Positions 51,605 to 55,146 of a stretch of DNA of 55,146 nt are shown here, piece after piece (the stretch's first letter is position 1; each line of letters opens with the position of its first letter). The translations under genes were made by a program, and so were the position numbers. The notes beneath the pieces were generated by a model. It saw only the letters and a list, made by a program, of their open reading frames with translations, was not told the origin of the DNA and made no database searches. The stretch is from an uncultured Atribacterota bacterium. GTDB taxonomy: Bacteria; Atribacterota; JALVIU01. The stretch is taken from assembly GCA_964462295.1 (NCBI GenBank), contig CAYWXH010000006.1, positions 1 through 55,146 of the forward strand, written 5' to 3'.

Positions 51605-53143
51605 ATGCTACTTAGAATGGAAGGAATTGTTAAGATATTTCCAGGGGTTTTGGCAAATGATCATGTGAATTTCTCTCTCAAGAAAGGTGAGGTCCATGCC
51701 TTATTGGGAGAAAATGGTGCAGGTAAAACTACACTTATGAATATTTTATATGGTCTCTATAGGCCTGAAGAGGGACATATATATCTAAATGATAGAGAAG
51801 TGAAAATTAATTCCCCTCTTGATGCTATTAATCTTGGAATAGGTATGGTCCATCAGCATTTTACCCTTGTGCCTCCATTTACAGTGGTGGAGAATGTAAT
51901 TTTGGGTTTAAAATCTCCCAGGGAACCCTTTTTAGATTTAAAAGGGGCTGCAGAGAAAATAAGGGATATAGCCAAAAGATATAATTTTAAAATTGACCCC
52001 TGGGCAAAGGTATGGCAACTTTCTGTTGGTGAGAAGCAGAGGGTTGAGATAATAAAAGCCCTTTACAGAGGGGCTAATATCCTTATACTTGATGAGCCTA
52101 CCGCTGTTCTTACTCCACAGGAGGCAGATGAACTATTTGAAGTCTTAAAGGATATGAAGAAAGAAGGGAAATCCGTTGTTTTTATATCTCATAAATTAGA
52201 TGAAGTTATGAAGATTTCAGATCGTGTTACAGTTTTACGAGATGGTAAATCTATAAAGACCCTAAACACAAAAGATACCTCTCCACAAGAGCTTGCAAGA
52301 ATCATGGTAGGGAGGGATGTAATTTTTACTCTCTCCAAATCTGAGTTTAGACCAGGAAGAGAGGTTGTAAAGGTAGAAGGATTAAAGGCCTTAAATGATA
52401 AAGGATTACTTGCCTTAGATGGAATAAGTTTTTCTATTCGAGAGGGAGAAATTCTTGGCATAGCAGGTGTATCAGGCAATGGGCAGAAAGAGCTTGAAGA
52501 GGTAATATATGGGTTAAGACCTCTAAAGGAGGGAAAGATTTATCTAAATGGAGAAGATATTACAGGGAAGACACCTGCATATCTTATAGAGAAAAAGGTT
52601 TCATATATCCCAGAAGATAGAATGGAAAGAGGTCTTATACTTGATTTTGAGATAAAAGAGAATGCGGTTCTTGAGACGCATAAAGATCCACCATTTGCAA
52701 GGAATGGGTTTTTGAATTATAGAGAGATAAGTAATTTTACTCAAGAGCTAGTAAAGGATTATAATATAAAGATTCCTGCTATAAATGCTATTGTAAAGGT
52801 CCTTTCAGGGGGAAATTTGCAAAAACTCATTTTAGGAAGAGAGATTTCAAGAGACCCTGTTTTTCTTATTGCTTCTCAGCCTACACGAGGACTTGATATA
52901 GGTGCGACAGAGTATATAAGAGAGAGGCTTTTGAAAGAAAGAGAAAATAGAAAGGCAATACTCCTTATTTCCGAAGACTTAGAAGAGATACTGTCATTAA
53001 GTGATAGAATACTTGTTATATATGAGGGTAGGGTGATGGGTATTTTAGATCCAGAGGATGCAAGGCAAAATATTGAAAAGCTTGGGCTTCTCATGGCAGG
53101 AGTTAAAGAAGAAGGAGGGTTAGAAAATGAAGTTAATGCTTGA
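51605..53143 (+). CDS. CUT2-type (nucleoside) ABC transporter ATPase
   Basis: GENGAGKTT, LSVGEKQRVEI, DEPTAVL, second domain LSGGNLQK and QPTRGLD. Confidence 0.92.
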   Translation: MLLRMEGIVKIFPGVLANDHVNFSLKKGEVHALLGENGAGKTTLMNILYGLYRPEEGHIYLNDREVKINSPLDAINLGIGMVHQHFTLVPPFTVVENVILGLKSPREPFLDLKGAAEKIRDIAKRYNFKIDPWAKVWQLSVGEKQRVEIIKALYRGANILILDEPTAVLTPQEADELFEVLKDMKKEGKSVVFISHKLDEVMKISDRVTVLRDGKSIKTLNTKDTSPQELARIMVGRDVIFTLSKSEFRPGREVVKVEGLKALNDKGLLALDGISFSIREGEILGIAGVSGNGQKELEEVIYGLRPLKEGKIYLNGEDITGKTPAYLIEKKVSYIPEDRMERGLILDFEIKENAVLETHKDPPFARNGFLNYREISNFTQELVKDYNIKIPAINAIVKVLSGGNLQKLILGREISRDPVFLIASQPTRGLDIGATEYIRERLLKERENRKAILLISEDLEEILSLSDRILVIYEGRVMGILDPEDARQNIEKLGLLMAGVKEEGGLENEVNA

Positions 53144-54206
53144 AGAAAGACAAGTTCCTTCTATTTGGGTTCAGATTTTTCTCCCTATTATAGCAGTAGT
53201 TATTTCTCTCCTCATATCTTCTATGCTAATACTTTATGCAGGGGGAAAACCACTTGAGGCATACTATTATATAGTGAAAGGTTCATGGGGAAGTAGGTTT
53301 GCAATAACTGAAACCCTTGTAAAGGCGGGACCTCTTATGCTTACAGGTCTTGCCGCATCTTTGGCCTTTAATGCAAAGTTTTGGAATATAGGAATGGAAG
53401 GACAACTCTACGCAGGGGCAATAGCCACTACATGGATTGGGATAACTTTTACTCACTGGCCTTCATATATACTTATTCCTCTTGTAATAATATTGAGTTT
53501 TATTGCAGGGGGTCTTTGGGGACTCTTGGCAGGATGGTTAAAGGTAAAATTTAATGCAAATGAGGTTGTTACAACCATTATGCTTAACTATATTATGATT
53601 AACATAGTAGGGTTACTTGTTCATGGTCCTTGGAAAAATCCAAGAACTATGTGGCCTTCTTCCCCAATTATTGCAAAGGCTGCAAGATTTCCTTTGCTTG
53701 TGAAAAGGAGTAGATTACATTTAGGGGTTTTGTTAGCTTTTATTGCAGCTATTGTAATTTTTATATTACTAAAAAAAATGGTTGTTGGTTATAGAATAAG
53801 GGCAGTAGGGGCAAGCCAAAAGGCATCAGAATATGGTGGTATAGATGTAAGTAAAATATTCCTTCTCACTATACTAATAAGTGGTGGACTTGCGGGTCTT
53901 GCAGGTGCAGGAGAGGTGGCTGGTGTTCAGAAAAAATTGATAGAAGGACTTTCTCCTGGCTACGGATATGCAGGTGTGGTGGTAGGCCTTTTGGGGAGAC
54001 TCCATCCTATAGGGGTTATTCTTTCTGCCCTGTTTTTTGCCTCATTGATTACAGGAACAGGTATGATGCAAAGGCTTACGGATGTGCCTGTAGCCCTTAC
54101 ATATGCAGTTCAAGGGATAACCCTTATAACAATCCTTGCCCTTACCATATTCTCTGAATATAAGATAAGATTTGTAAGGGTAGAAGGAAAAGAGGTGGCA
54201 AAATGA
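53127..54206 (+). CDS. Nucleoside-type ABC transporter permease 1
   Basis: WNIGMEGQ, NEVVTTIMLNY, GYRIRAVG, SGGLAGLAG, GYGYAG. Confidence 0.9.
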   Translation: MKLMLEERQVPSIWVQIFLPIIAVVISLLISSMLILYAGGKPLEAYYYIVKGSWGSRFAITETLVKAGPLMLTGLAASLAFNAKFWNIGMEGQLYAGAIATTWIGITFTHWPSYILIPLVIILSFIAGGLWGLLAGWLKVKFNANEVVTTIMLNYIMINIVGLLVHGPWKNPRTMWPSSPIIAKAARFPLLVKRSRLHLGVLLAFIAAIVIFILLKKMVVGYRIRAVGASQKASEYGGIDVSKIFLLTILISGGLAGLAGAGEVAGVQKKLIEGLSPGYGYAGVVVGLLGRLHPIGVILSALFFASLITGTGMMQRLTDVPVALTYAVQGITLITILALTIFSEYKIRFVRVEGKEVAK

Positions 54207-55146
54207 TAGAAAAAATATTAAATGCATCATTTTTGATAGGTCTTGGTGCTGCAACTATAAGGATGGCTACTCCTATACTTTTTGCAACAGTTGGAGAGAT
54301 TATTGCTGAAAGGTCTGGGGTATTAAACCTTGGAGTAGAAGGTACTATGCTTATGGGTGCTATGGTAGGCTTTGTCACAGCTTTTAAGACAGGAAGTCTC
54401 TGGCTTGGGGTCTTGAATGCCTTAGTAATTGGGGGTATTTTCGGGCTGGTAATGGCTTTTCTAACTGTTACTTTACGTACCCGTCAAGAAATAAGTGGTC
54501 TTTCTATCAACCTCTTAAGTAGTGGACTATCTTTCTTTTTCTTTAGAGCAATTTTTGGTGTTATGAGTGTTCCACCTCATATCAAACCTTTTGATCCCCT
54601 AAATATTCCTGTGCTTTCAAAAATCCCGGTGATAGGAGAGATCTTTTTTCAACAATATGCACTTACCTATATTGCGATAATTCTTGCACCCCTTGCCTAC
54701 ATATTTTTATTTAAAACAAATTTTGGCCTTAAAATAAGAGCTGTAGGTGAAAATCCTGTATCTGCGGATACGGTAGGTGTAAATGTCTATTTTATAAGGT
54801 ATATATCCCTTATTATAGGTGGAATGCTTGCAGGGATAGGTGGTGCATTTTTATCTTTAGCACAATTTAATATGTTCTTAGATGAAATGACAGCAGGTCG
54901 TGGTTTTATCGCTATTGCATTAACTATATTTAGTAATTGGCATCCTATAAATGCACTTTGGGGCTCTTTCTTATTTGGTGGAGCAGATGCTTTACAACTA
55001 AGGCTTCAGGCTGTAGGTTTCAAGATTCCGTATCAATTCTTCCTTATGCTGCCTTATGTACTTACAATCCTTGCACTTTTGGGTGTATCTAAGCGCGTAA
55101 AAGGTCCTGCAGCACTCATCATTCCTTATAAGAGGGGAGAAAGATA
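54203..55146 (+). CDS. Nucleoside-type ABC transporter permease 2 (runs to window edge; absent from the ORF track)
   Basis: ATG 54203 overlaps the upstream TGA. Translates MIEKILNASF...ERSGVLNLGVEG...RAVGENP...GRGFIAIAL...PYKRGER; the window ends on TA, probably the stop codon. Confidence 0.9.
   Translation, partial: MIEKILNASFLIGLGAATIRMATPILFATVGEIIAERSGVLNLGVEGTMLMGAMVGFVTAFKTGSLWLGVLNALVIGGIFGLVMAFLTVTLRTRQEISGLSINLLSSGLSFFFFRAIFGVMSVPPHIKPFDPLNIPVLSKIPVIGEIFFQQYALTYIAIILAPLAYIFLFKTNFGLKIRAVGENPVSADTVGVNVYFIRYISLIIGGMLAGIGGAFLSLAQFNMFLDEMTAGRGFIAIALTIFSNWHPINALWGSFLFGGADALQLRLQAVGFKIPYQFFLMLPYVLTILALLGVSKRVKGPAALIIPYKRGER

Overview
This is an AT-rich, very gene-dense bacterial chromosomal segment. 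Its K/E/I-rich proteins and anaerobic redox genes suggest a thermophilic anaerobe; the taxon cannot be determined from sequence alone. No CRISPR array, transposase, integrase or prophage gene is visible. Left to right: dcd (partial) and rsmA; then an unbroken ~26 kb plus-strand run (nfnAB-like transhydrogenase, DUF4932-like protein, fhs, gcvT-H-PA-PB, comB, cheR, yggS-proC-yggT-divIVA-yggU, DUF4432-rbsK-rbsD, DUF554, TPR/transglutaminase-like protein, hflK-hflC, a catalytically degenerate paralog of the transglutaminase-like protein, and a glgC-like gene) closed by a perfect 52-bp palindrome. Next come tatA, a class V aminotransferase with serA, an apparently leaderless MBL-fold gene, and a TetR plus radical SAM/SPASM operon. 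These are followed by a folB / nucleotidyltransferase / metallophosphoesterase / ParB-like operon whose last stop codon lies inside a tRNA-Pro(CGG) gene, with a TPP riboswitch and thiamine transporter 8 nt further on. The window ends with DeoR-PfkB, a Dpp/Opp ABC transporter, a patatin, and a CodA-like deaminase with a BMP-type ABC transporter. Best leads: (1) an HflKC pair sandwiched between an intact and a dead transglutaminase-like TPR protein, a candidate FtsH-independent envelope protease complex; (2) the CDS-tRNA-riboswitch fusion locus with an ACG-initiated phosphoesterase and a ParB-like partner; (3) a TetR-controlled radical SAM enzyme resembling membrane-spanning-lipid synthase; (4) Nfn-fhs-gcv co-location. 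All family assignments come from motif recognition, not database searches.
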